Shown here: piece after piece, positions 54,247 to 64,000 of the stretch | Position numbering within the stretch: the first letter of the stretch is position 1 | Layout: each line of letters begins with the position of its first letter | Assembly (NCBI GenBank): GCA_043822705.1 | Contig: JBDRBK010000070.1 | Coordinates: 23,609 to 87,608, forward strand | DNA: 64,000 bases | Reading direction: 5' to 3' | Source: Fidelibacterota bacterium | Lineage (GTDB): Bacteria; Fidelibacterota; Marinisomatia; Marinisomatales; TCS56 | Notes under the pieces: model-generated | Seen by the model: only the letters and a program-made list of their open reading frames with translations | Database searches by the model: none | Told to the model about the DNA's origin: nothing | Made by a program: the position numbers and the translations under genes

Positions 54247-57057
54247 ATGAGAGGTAAGGCCGACAGATTTCAGCGCCTTCTGGTAACTTTATCCTTGATA
54301 ACAATCGGCGGCCTGTACGCGGGCAATACCGGAAAAATCGTTGGCAGGATCTACGACCAGTCAAATGGCGAACCGCTATTTGCCGCCAACGTCATCGTGG
54401 CGGGCACCGAATGGGGAACCGCCAGCGGCGAGGACGGCCGTTATTTCATCAATAATATTCCCCCGGGTGTTTATACGGTCCGCGGAACCATGATTGGGTA
54501 TAAGACAATTGATATCGTCAATATCCTGATCCAGACCGATTTGACAACCGAAGTCAATTTTCCTCTGGAACTCAGTGTGCTGCAAGGGGAAATCGTCACC
54601 GTGGTGGCCGAACGCGGGTTGATTGAACGGGATATTACCGCCAAGCGTTCGATTATCTCCGGTCAGGATATCGCTGAAAAAATTCCGGTTACAACTGTTC
54701 AGGGTGCCCTGGCAACTCAGGCCGGTTTCGTCGAAGATTCCGACGGCAATCTCCACCTGCGAGGCGGTCGTAGCGATGAGGTGTCCTACTACGTGGACGG
54801 CATCCTGGTGGAAAGCCCGATCGGCGGCGGTCTGGGAGCAGAGATCGATATCAATACGGTCAGTGAATTATCGGTTCTCACCGGCGGCTTCAACGCCGAA
54901 TACGGAGAGGCTATGAGCGGTGTTGTCAACATTACCACCCGGGAAGGTGGGAAAACGCTGTCCGGCAAGCTGCAATTCGAATCAGACATGTTGAATGAAT
55001 CACCCTACCATCAGAAAGATTGGTTGCTGGAAACCGATCTGGTTAAAGGATTGTCGGAAGAGGAAAAACTGGAATATCTGGATGCGGTCCGATTTTTTAC
55101 TTCGGCGACCGATTCGATCGGGACATCGCGCTACCAGCATGTGAGCGTTCTCGATAATCCTTATGTCGACGATTATTTACTGATCCCAATTACGGGTCGA
55201 CTCAGTGGTTCTTTGTCCGGACCTGTCCCGGGGATTAAAAATTTATCTTTCTTCGCCTCGGCGTTTCACGAAAATCACGACAGTTATCTGCCCAAAGGTT
55301 TTCGGATCGAAAACCAGGCGTTCGAGAAGCTGACCTATAAATTATCGCCCCGCACCAGTCTGTCGTTCAACAACCAGAGTACATCCAGATATTCCCAGGG
55401 TTATTCCCACGTCTACAAATATATCCCGCCCACGCAGAATGATCCGACGGATTCACTGAATTACAACACACGTTTATTGGGACGGCTTGGTTTAATAACC
55501 GTGAAAACCGACCGACAGGTGTTGACTTTGGCCCAGTCAATCAGCAGCAGGACTTTTTATACAATCAACCTCCAGCGTCTGCGGCGCGACGCCCGGCGTT
55601 ATATTCCCGGAGTTAACGTTCCCTATGACACGGAAACCGGAGCGCTGTTCGATACCGTAGCTACGGAATATATCAAGTTGACCTATATTTTTGGTTCCGA
55701 GGGGGAATTTCAGGGCGGCGACGATCGCGACTGGTACCGGGAGCAAACGACGACCTACAATATAAAAAGTGATCTCACCAGCCAGGTGAATTTAAACCAT
55801 CAGGTCAAATTGGGATTTGATTACAAGCAGCACGACCTTTTCCGACATGCCCTGCGCGATCCCTGGCCGGGCGCTTTTCGCCATCGCGTCGAATTTTATG
55901 AACGGCAGCCATGGGAAGCGGCCGCCTATATTCAGGATAAAATGGAGTTCGACTTCATGGTGCTGAACATTGGCCTGCGCTGGGATGCCATCCAGGTGAA
56001 CGACACCTACTGGACCGATCCCGGCGATATCCAGGAGACCGTCACAGTGGATAACGGTGACGGGACAGTCACCCAGGAATTTCGCTTCAAAGATCAGATC
56101 GATGTACCAATGCGCTATCATTTAAGTCCCCGGATTGGCTTGGCACATCCGGTTACGGAAAAACTGGTCTTCCATTTTTCCTACGGCCATTTCTTCCAAA
56201 ATCCTGATTATTATGTGCTGTACCGCAATGATCAGTCCCTGAATAATCTGGAAGAATCAGATGTCATCATCGGGAATCCTGGGTTGAAACCACAGAAGAC
56301 CATTGCCTTTGAAGTCGGAGGGAAATATCAGGTCACGACGAATATCGCACTTGATTTCTCCGGTTTTTACAAAGATATATATGACTTGACCTCTACCAAG
56401 TATTATTCGCGGCAACCATATAACTACACGATCTATATTAATGAGGATTACGGCCGGATCAAGGGTTTCGATGTCAGCGTTAATCGCCGGCACAACAGAT
56501 TTATCAGTGCCAGCGCCCACTATACCTTTAGCGTCTCCCAAGGCTCGGGCTCAGATCCGCTATCTGGTTATTACTTCCGTGAAGACGACGCCAACCTGCG
56601 TCCTAAACGGGAATATTATCTGAATTTCGATCGTACCCACGACCTGTCAGCCAATGTCGATTTGCGTTATCCCGACAACTTCGGACCTTCGGTGCTGGGA
56701 CGACATCCACTGGGCAATGTTGGGGTAAACCTGCTGTATCAAATGGCCAGCGGGCTACCCTATACACCGTCATACTCCGGATCTGTGAGCCTGGAAGAAA
56801 ATTCGGAACGGAAAGGCTGGACCAATACACTGGATATTCGGGTGGATAAAACCGCCAATATCGGTGGCAATAATCTGGTGCTGTACGCCAAGGTCACTAA
56901 TGCGCTTGATAATCTGAATACCCAATTGGTCTGGTCTGAGACAGGCGATCCCTGGGATGCCGGTCCGACCAATTATCGCAGCTTGGATCGTCAGGCCAAT
57001 CCAGGTAACGTCGGTCCCCGGCGCGATGTTCGCTTAGGGATTTACTACAAATTTTAA
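54247..57057 (+). CDS. TonB-dependent receptor
   Basis: NTGKIVGRI, LRGGRSDEV, GGFNAEYGEAMSGVVNI, YIQDKMEF, SPRIG; C-terminal Phe. Confidence 0.92.
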   Translation: MRGKADRFQRLLVTLSLITIGGLYAGNTGKIVGRIYDQSNGEPLFAANVIVAGTEWGTASGEDGRYFINNIPPGVYTVRGTMIGYKTIDIVNILIQTDLTTEVNFPLELSVLQGEIVTVVAERGLIERDITAKRSIISGQDIAEKIPVTTVQGALATQAGFVEDSDGNLHLRGGRSDEVSYYVDGILVESPIGGGLGAEIDINTVSELSVLTGGFNAEYGEAMSGVVNITTREGGKTLSGKLQFESDMLNESPYHQKDWLLETDLVKGLSEEEKLEYLDAVRFFTSATDSIGTSRYQHVSVLDNPYVDDYLLIPITGRLSGSLSGPVPGIKNLSFFASAFHENHDSYLPKGFRIENQAFEKLTYKLSPRTSLSFNNQSTSRYSQGYSHVYKYIPPTQNDPTDSLNYNTRLLGRLGLITVKTDRQVLTLAQSISSRTFYTINLQRLRRDARRYIPGVNVPYDTETGALFDTVATEYIKLTYIFGSEGEFQGGDDRDWYREQTTTYNIKSDLTSQVNLNHQVKLGFDYKQHDLFRHALRDPWPGAFRHRVEFYERQPWEAAAYIQDKMEFDFMVLNIGLRWDAIQVNDTYWTDPGDIQETVTVDNGDGTVTQEFRFKDQIDVPMRYHLSPRIGLAHPVTEKLVFHFSYGHFFQNPDYYVLYRNDQSLNNLEESDVIIGNPGLKPQKTIAFEVGGKYQVTTNIALDFSGFYKDIYDLTSTKYYSRQPYNYTIYINEDYGRIKGFDVSVNRRHNRFISASAHYTFSVSQGSGSDPLSGYYFREDDANLRPKREYYLNFDRTHDLSANVDLRYPDNFGPSVLGRHPLGNVGVNLLYQMASGLPYTPSYSGSVSLEENSERKGWTNTLDIRVDKTANIGGNNLVLYAKVTNALDNLNTQLVWSETGDPWDAGPTNYRSLDRQANPGNVGPRRDVRLGIYYKF

Positions 57058-57080
57058 CTGACAAAGCTTGAGGTGAAAAA

Positions 57081-60041
57081 TTGAATACAACTCGAATCAG
57101 TTACGGCATAATGATTGCGGGATTGGTCCTGGCGATTGTCAGTTTGCCTTTGCTGGCCCAGGAGATTGACGATGTCGCTCTGGCTCCGAAAAAGAAACGT
57201 TCGGTTTTCAAAATCGCCAAACCAGCCGCTCGCATCGATGAAGCTATCGGCGTCATGAGCAAAGGGCAGTTATGCAATTTGACCATGAATTATGGCCAGA
57301 TTAGCGATACCCGGTTGGAAGATGTTGGCAATGCACCCACCGACGACTTCTATAATTTCCGCTATCCGCGCACCAAGCCCTACGGTTCCATGGTCGATGA
57401 TTTTGCCATCTGTTTCGCCGTCAAGACCAATACCAAGAATGGTAACAACGGGAATTTCATCGATGGCTACACCGCCAATGGCAACGAAGACTGGATCGCC
57501 AAGAACGGTTCACTGGGCGCAACCCATTACGACGGCAGTGGCGAAGATGAAATGCTGGTCTATGTGGACGGGACGACGCCCTACCTGGCCGCCAGCGATA
57601 TCCCCCAGACCTGGCCCATCGACAGCGAAGGCAATCATTTCTGGCCCGGGTACTTCCGCCGCGATCGGGAAACCGGCTATGTTTATGAAGGCGAATTCGT
57701 CTCGGATCGCGATGTCTATGCCGTTTTCAACGATGCCAGCAATGTACAAGGTAATTCCCTGGGAGTTGAAATCGAGCAGATGGCCTACTGCTATGGCCGA
57801 CCCTATGCCGAGGATTTCCAGTTCTACGAATTCTTTATCCATAACACCAGCGCCACGACCATCGATAGCGCCTAGTTCGGTATCTATCAGGACCCGGATT
57901 GCAGTGATTACGGCCAGGAAGTTCTGATCATGCCTGCCGGTCATTCCTTCAGCGACGACTACCCGATCCTCATGCAACGCGATTTCGACGGTGATATCGG
58001 GGCGGCCACCGAACCTAATTCACTTGGCCGTCTGGAAGATATGGATTACGGCGTCATCTACCTGGAAACACCAAACAATCAGGGTATTACCGATTTCCAT
58101 TATTTCACCGACGCCGGTCCCACATCCGATGAAGACTTGTGGCCGATCATCAGCAGCCAGCCCAATGATTCCGATATCATCGAAATCAAATCAGAATTCT
58201 TTCATGGTACTAATACCCGGTTGGACAATGTTTCGCTGATCACTTCACCCTTTGACCTGGTCTACATCGCCGCCAGCGGACCTTTCAGTCTGGCCCCCGG
58301 CGATACCCTGAAATTCACCATCGCCGTGGTGGTAGGGGATACCGATGATGATTTTATGATCAACTGTAATATGGCGATCAGTATGTATGAAAAAGGCTTC
58401 GTAGGTCCATCGGCGCCTCCGGGACCGGAAGTCAGCGCGGTGCCCGGCGATCAGTGTGTGACCCTGTACTGGGATAACAGTCCCGAAATATCGGCAGACC
58501 CGGCCACTGGTGTGCTGGATTTTGAGGGCTACAAAATTTACCGCAGCGAGGACGGTGGTGTCACCTGGGGCGATGAAATCACCGACTACCAGGGTGTTGT
58601 GATCGGTTACGTGCCAATCGCCCAGTTCGATCTGGATAACGACATCCAGGGTCTGGACCCGATTACACCAACCAATTACCTGGGCGCCAATACCGGGTTG
58701 CGCTACACCTACATAGACAGCACCGTTAATAATGGAATCGAATATTCCTACACCGTTACCTCATTCGATCAGGGCGATGTAGTGGCCAGCATTCCTTCTT
58801 ATGAAACCGCCAAGGGTACCAGTCCGGCGGAGGCTAATTTCGTTTCGGTGGTTCCGGCTCCGGTGCCAATCGGCTATCTCCCGGCGGAAATCGCTGGTTT
58901 GACGCAGGTTGCCGGTAAAGGCCAGGGTTCGGTCGAATTCGATATCATCGATTCGGAGAAATACCTGGCTTACAAAGCAGCCCGGAATTACACCGTCGAC
59001 CCCGTATTTAAAATAATTTTTGACGGTTTCCCGGCGGCCAAGTTCGCCCTGCTGGATTCCACCGACGGCAATACAGTCCTGTACAATGGCTTGGAGATCA
59101 ACTCAGACACGCCCTATATGTTAGCCGACCTGGGAATTACAATTGCAGTAGAATCCGAACAGAAGATCGGCGGAATCGAAGATATCACCGATGAAACCGG
59201 TATCAGTATATTAACTGCCGGAACCTATGATAATACGAATTCCTGGTCAGTTACATCGGCTGTGATCGCTTCCTCAGCGATCGATGCGCGTTCCAATAAC
59301 TATGAAATCCGTTTCACCGATAACGGCTCGATGGCTTACTCCAAGCATACTACCGCTCCGGTGGCCATTTTCCAGGTGCCGTTCGAAGTCTGGCAGGTGC
59401 GACCCGATTCGCAACAGATTATCTGCGAAGTCCAGGATAAGGATCTCGACGGACAATTTAGCGCCAAAGATATTATTTATCTGGTCACGGTGGCCTATCC
59501 GGATCCGGAACCATCAATCGGTGAATCCATTCCTGTGACTTACCCCGCCAATTTTCCGTTGCAGATCGTCTATAATATCAATCCTGACAATGGCAACTTG
59601 CCGGCAACCGGCCAGAAAACAATCATCAACTGTTATTCCAGCTATTCCGATGGCTCAGGGTTTAACGCTGCCTCGGAATATGCAGCTGGGGATGCGATTG
59701 TATTTGAGATTCAGGACCCCGACGTGGATAATTCCCTGGAAAAAGAGGAACTTCAAAATATCAAGGTTGTCCCCAATCCCTACGTGGTTACATCGCTGTT
59801 CGATCCCATGGAAAATGTCAACAGCCTGAAATTCATGTACCTGCCGGAGGCCTGTGAGATTACGATTTACTCCATGAGCGGGGTGCAGGTCAAGCGGATC
59901 AAGCATGACGATGGCACAGGAATAGAAAACTGGAATCTTACCAATGACTTTGGACAGGAGGTGGCCTTCGGGGTCTATTATTATCTGGTAACCACACCGG
60001 GCGGAGATCAAGCGGCCGGCAAACTGGCAATCATACGATAG
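57081..60041 (+). pseudogene. Large secreted FN3/CTD protein interrupted by one in-frame TAG (57873-57875)
   Basis: ORFs 57081-57875 and 57930-60041 share a frame and the gap is open (IDSA*FGIYQDPDCSDYGQEVLIM); signal peptide upstream, DFEGYKIYRS and IKVVPNPY CTD downstream. Confidence 0.75.
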
Positions 60042-60046
60042 GAGCG

Positions 60047-61084
60047 ATGAAGATGCGTAATAAAATTATCGGCTGGTTTGTAATCGTAATATTGCTGGTT
60101 CCGACTTACCGACTGAGTGCGGAGGCCTTCCGCAAGGTTGGTACTTCCTCAGCTACATTCCTGCGGGTGGGAGTAGGAGCACGTGCCCTGGCAATGGGCG
60201 GTGCCTTCGAAGCACTGGCCAGCGATGCCACAACCGTGTACTGGAATCCGGCTGGAATGGCTAACAGCAGTGGTATTTCCTGGGTGTTCGATCACGCCGA
60301 CTGGTTTGTCGATACATCGCATGATTTCAGTGCCCTGATGATTCCGATAAACCGTGGCTCGTATCTGGGCTTCAGCATTAACATGATGAGAGTCGGTGAA
60401 GAAGAAATAACCACGGAGGCCGATCCGAAAGGCAACGGTCAGTATTGGGACGCCACCGATTTGTGTCTGGGCATTTCCTATGCCCGCCGGATGACCAACC
60501 AGTTTTCACTAGGCATGACTGTTAAATATATTTCCGAAAGGATCTGGAATGAAACCGCCTCGGCGGTGGCGATGGACGTGGGTACGTATCTGAATACCGG
60601 CTATAAAGGAATCGTAATCGGCATGTCCTTTACTAATTTCGGTAACAACATGCAGCTTGCCGGTCGTGATCTGATCCGCGAATACGATCCCAATGCGGCA
60701 AATACGCTCAATGCCAATGTCGACACGCGTTTACACACCGAACCCTGGGCGTTACCGGTCTGCTTCAAAATCAGCACTGCCATCGATCTGATGGGCAGTG
60801 GCGACCGTTATCTGGTATCGGATAACAGTCGCCTCACGCTGGCGGTCAACGGCGTCCACCCCAACGATGACAGTGAAAAGTTGAATATCGGCATGGAGTA
60901 TGCCTGGCGGGAACTAGTGTTCCTGCGGGGCGGTTACAATTCCGGTTACGATCTACCCGAGTTTTCCTGGGGTGGCGGTCTCAAACTGGATCTTTATGGT
61001 CGCACCTTTAGTCTGGATTACGCCTTCTTGCCCTATGGCGATCTGAAAAACGTGCAACATTTTACGATCAGTTCGAACTTTTAA
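60047..61084 (+). CDS. PorV/PorQ-family outer-membrane beta-barrel
   Basis: FLRVGVGARALAMGGA...VYWNPAGM; GMEY...LRGGY...LDYA; C-terminal Phe. Confidence 0.87.
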   Translation: MKMRNKIIGWFVIVILLVPTYRLSAEAFRKVGTSSATFLRVGVGARALAMGGAFEALASDATTVYWNPAGMANSSGISWVFDHADWFVDTSHDFSALMIPINRGSYLGFSINMMRVGEEEITTEADPKGNGQYWDATDLCLGISYARRMTNQFSLGMTVKYISERIWNETASAVAMDVGTYLNTGYKGIVIGMSFTNFGNNMQLAGRDLIREYDPNAANTLNANVDTRLHTEPWALPVCFKISTAIDLMGSGDRYLVSDNSRLTLAVNGVHPNDDSEKLNIGMEYAWRELVFLRGGYNSGYDLPEFSWGGGLKLDLYGRTFSLDYAFLPYGDLKNVQHFTISSNF

Positions 61085-61162
61085 CGAGACTCAGGTTCCG
61101 CACCATACTAAAACAAAGGAAATTCCCATAAGCAGGGTGCTGACGGGAACTATTTCATTCTC

Positions 61163-62749
61163 ATGAATATATTGCACACTATGAATTTCCAAAAAAATAC
61201 GTCTTTATTAAACCGGCTGTGTGTTCTAATCGGGGCGCTATCGATACTCGTCCGATTAAACGCACAAGCATTACAGTACATAGACGAACAGACTGAAGAA
61301 TGCACGATTGGGGTGGCGGCCGGACGGGCTACTGCCGATGGCCGACCTTTAATCTGGAAAACCCGCGACTACAGTTCCGAACCGGATAATGAGGTGAAAT
61401 ATAATTCCTCATTTCAATACAAATTTGTTTCAGTCAACAATGATGCTTCCAGCTATGCCTATATGGGTGTGAACGATCAGGGTTTTGCCATCATGAACGC
61501 TGTATCAGATGATTTACCCAGTAGCGACGGTCCGGGGAGTCTCGGTGCCGGACAATTGATGCGTGACGCACTGGGCAATTGCGCCACCGTGGCGGAATTC
61601 GAGCAATATCTGCTTTCCACCAACAGTAGCGGGCGCAGTGGAAAATCCAATTTCGGGACAATCGATGCCACGGGGGCAGCGGTGATATTCGAGGCCAGTT
61701 ATTCTGATTTTTGGAAATTCGATGCGGCTGATACTGATATTTCTCCCAATGGATACTTGATCCGCACCAACCATTCCGTAACCGGTGGCGGCAGTTCGGG
61801 AATCGAACGATTTCGACGATCAACGGCACTAGTAAATGATTTTTTCCAGGGTGACACCCTCAATCATCGCAGTATTTTACGTCACCAGATGCGTGACTTT
61901 TCCGATGCCAACAGCAATCCGGTCAGCGTTCCTTTCGCCGGCAACTGGAATTTGTCGTCACCCTATGGCTACATCTATAATTACCTCAGTATCTGCCGTT
62001 CCACTTCGGTGTCGGCAATGGTCGTTCAGGGCGTATTACCCCAAGCTGAGCCAACCTGGCTCAGCACGATGTGGGTTTTGTTGGGGCAACCGGCAACCAC
62101 TATCGCCGTGCCCTACTGGCCGGTAGGAACGACGCCCACCATTGCCGACGGCCCCGTTACGGCACAGTTATGCGACGTCGCCCGATCGATCAACAGTCAT
62201 TTAGTTGACTCCGGCAGCAGCTACTACGTCGATTCCTACAAGCTGCTGGATGGTAGCGGTTCCGGCTTATGGACAGTGACGCACCCGGCGGAGGATTTGG
62301 TTCTCCACCGCACCGATTCGTTGTTGACTCTGTGGCGGGTAACGGCACCAACTGCCAGCGAAATGCTGAGCTGGGAAAATGAATTCGCCGACTTTGCCCT
62401 GGAGCGGTTGGAAGCGGGGCTAGCGTTGCTTGAAGGCCAGAATGGGGTGGAAGAGTATCAAGCACTGCCCCAGACCGTTTATCTGGAGCAGAATTATCCC
62501 AATCCTTTCAATGCCAGTACGGTGATTCCCTTCTGGCAAGACTATGCCGGGCCGGTACGGATCACGATTCATGATATTCAGGGCCGGCAGGTGGCAGCTC
62601 TGGCCGATCAGGAATATCCCGCCGGACAATATCATCTGGTCTGGGATGCGGCCACACTGCCCAGCGGATTGTATTTTTGTACAATCCGGGCGGTCAAATC
62701 GAATGGTGCACTGTTTCTTTCCACCCGTAAATTAACCCTGTTGAAATGA
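61163..62749 (+). CDS. Secreted Ntn-hydrolase (C45/C69-like) with T9SS type A CTD
   Basis: E-CTIGV nucleophile site, ADGRPLIWKTRD, MGVND, RTNHS; QNYPNPFNAST CTD. Confidence 0.75.
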   Translation: MNILHTMNFQKNTSLLNRLCVLIGALSILVRLNAQALQYIDEQTEECTIGVAAGRATADGRPLIWKTRDYSSEPDNEVKYNSSFQYKFVSVNNDASSYAYMGVNDQGFAIMNAVSDDLPSSDGPGSLGAGQLMRDALGNCATVAEFEQYLLSTNSSGRSGKSNFGTIDATGAAVIFEASYSDFWKFDAADTDISPNGYLIRTNHSVTGGGSSGIERFRRSTALVNDFFQGDTLNHRSILRHQMRDFSDANSNPVSVPFAGNWNLSSPYGYIYNYLSICRSTSVSAMVVQGVLPQAEPTWLSTMWVLLGQPATTIAVPYWPVGTTPTIADGPVTAQLCDVARSINSHLVDSGSSYYVDSYKLLDGSGSGLWTVTHPAEDLVLHRTDSLLTLWRVTAPTASEMLSWENEFADFALERLEAGLALLEGQNGVEEYQALPQTVYLEQNYPNPFNASTVIPFWQDYAGPVRITIHDIQGRQVAALADQEYPAGQYHLVWDAATLPSGLYFCTIRAVKSNGALFLSTRKLTLLK

Positions 62750-62777
62750 CACATGACAAATCGGACCCGCTGATAGC

Positions 62778-63635
62778 ATGCGGAAAATGACTCCATTCAA
62801 ATCAGCCTTTCTTGTATCAACGGTAATAATTCTCAGCGCCTGTTCGACAACCGCACCAGCTTATCTGACCGATGATAGTGAGCGGATCCATCAGGAATAT
62901 TTCGGTGACGGGAAATCAGTTTTCGAACTGTTACTGGCAGGTACTGAATACGAGACTCCGGTATTCCAATTTACCGGAACCAACCCGGGACCTGTAGTAC
63001 TGATTATTGGCGGCACCCATGGCAATGAACCGGCCGGATTCGAGGCCGCTCACCGCTTACTGAAAATATTTGCATCCGGTCACCTTAACCGCGGTTCGGT
63101 CTATTTAATTCCGGAAGCCAACAAACTAGCCGATCGCCGGGGCAGCCGGAGTATCAGGACACCACGCGGGGTCAATCGGGAACTGGGTAACCTGAATCGC
63201 TGCTATCCCGGGAATACCAACGGCTTGCCGATGGAACAGGCGGCCTTCCAGATCACCAACCTGATCAAACAAAATGGCGTCGCAGCGGTGATCGATCTGC
63301 ATGAGAGTCCGGTTTTCCATATGGAATACAAGGACGAAAGCGGTCAGTATCATGGTCTGGGGCAGACGGTCATTTATACCAATAATGAAGAGGGTGCCTG
63401 GATCAGCATGCTGGTGGTCGATGAAATGAATACGACTATTCCACCTGGTATCGAACAGTTTTCGTTGGCCGCCAATCCGGTCCAGCACAGTGCCGCCTGG
63501 CTGGCCGGCGATCGTTTTAATCTGCCCGGATTCACCATCGAGACCTGCAAGAAACTGCCCCTGGAAAAGCGTATTAGCTATCAAATCCGGATCGTCGATA
63601 TAATCCTGAGGGAGATTGGTCTGATCGGCGAATAA
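62778..63635 (+). CDS. M14-family deacylase/carboxypeptidase lipoprotein
   Basis: LSAC lipobox; GGTHGNEP, NLNRCYPG, IDLHE and IET motifs. Confidence 0.85.
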   Translation: MRKMTPFKSAFLVSTVIILSACSTTAPAYLTDDSERIHQEYFGDGKSVFELLLAGTEYETPVFQFTGTNPGPVVLIIGGTHGNEPAGFEAAHRLLKIFASGHLNRGSVYLIPEANKLADRRGSRSIRTPRGVNRELGNLNRCYPGNTNGLPMEQAAFQITNLIKQNGVAAVIDLHESPVFHMEYKDESGQYHGLGQTVIYTNNEEGAWISMLVVDEMNTTIPPGIEQFSLAANPVQHSAAWLAGDRFNLPGFTIETCKKLPLEKRISYQIRIVDIILREIGLIGE

Positions 63636-63710
63636 GATGATTCCGCTGGTCCGACCGGTTGGGGCACTAATCAGTTTACCGGTTTCATCCCGGTTCCTTA
63701 ATTTACGGCA

Positions 63711-64000
63711 ATGACTTTCAGCATTATACTGCCGGTCCTGGTTATCATCCTGCTGCTGATTGAAGCACTGCTGCACCGGCGCTGGCTCGACGCCATACCG
63801 CTGCGGATTCATATAAATGGTACCCGCGGCAAATCCACTGTAACCCGCTATATCGCCGCCGGTCTGGCCGCCGATGGGCGTCGCCCGCTGGCAAAAATTA
63901 CCGGCGATGCGCCCCTTTTAATTCTCCCCGACGGGACATTCAAACCGATCCGGCGATTGGGAAAGGCGCGGGTCCAGGAACAATTACGAATTATTTATCA
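63711..64000 (+). CDS. pgsB: Poly-gamma-glutamate synthase PgsB/CapB, 3'-truncated (absent from the ORF track)
   Basis: MTFSIILPVLVIILLLIEALLHRRWLDAIPLRIHINGTRGKSTVTRYIAAGL...AKITG: N-terminal TM plus CapB P-loop signature. Confidence 0.85.
   Translation, partial: MTFSIILPVLVIILLLIEALLHRRWLDAIPLRIHINGTRGKSTVTRYIAAGLAADGRRPLAKITGDAPLLILPDGTFKPIRRLGKARVQEQLRIIY

Noticed and set aside
57873..57875. Pyrrolysine or genome-wide TAG recoding
   Set aside because: TAG ends at least four genes at plausible C-termini, no pyl genes are in the window, and the position expects an aromatic residue.
57292..57927. 211-aa alternative-frame ORF suggesting a frameshift
   Set aside because: The two real ORF halves are already in one frame, separated only by a TAG; this ORF is a Pro/Ser/Thr-rich shadow.

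Overview
Bacterial window, probably from an FCB-group lineage such as Marinisomatota/Marinimicrobia, KSB1 or Calditrichota. This is inferred from T9SS-type C-terminal domains, PorV-like barrels and TonB receptors without SusD. It has three parts. (1) 1-10.2 kb is core genome: a Ca/Na antiporter, ftsEX, hrcA-grpE-dnaJ, comEA, rsmD-coaD, obgE, dprA and tRNA-Ser/Cys/Leu. (2) About 10.5-42.9 kb, starting just after the tRNAs, is a large GntR-associated glycan-utilisation locus. It has a TonB receptor, a CTD protein and a PorV-like barrel but no SusD. It also has a sugar ABC transporter, two GH38-like mannosidases, two DUF4185/GH183-like putative D-arabinanases, an unassigned six-hairpin glycosidase, an esterase, a ROK kinase, a mannose-6-P isomerase and a corrinoid methyltransferase module. 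The combination suggests breakdown of a D-arabino-mannan or O-methylated glycan. (3) About 43-64 kb holds two same-strand operons flanking a minus-strand sigma-54 two-component system. Both operons have a -24/-12 promoter and share the enhancer-like motif TGTGCTGA-N2-GCGAACA. They encode a transporter, two M14 deacylases, a DUF6305-like protein, a CapD-like gamma-glutamyltransferase, an exported glutamate racemase, a second TonB/CTD/PorV triad (one gene split by an in-frame TAG), a secreted Ntn hydrolase and the start of pgsB/capB. This looks like a poly-gamma-glutamate synthesis/utilisation regulon. All family calls come from manual motif recognition; no searches were run.
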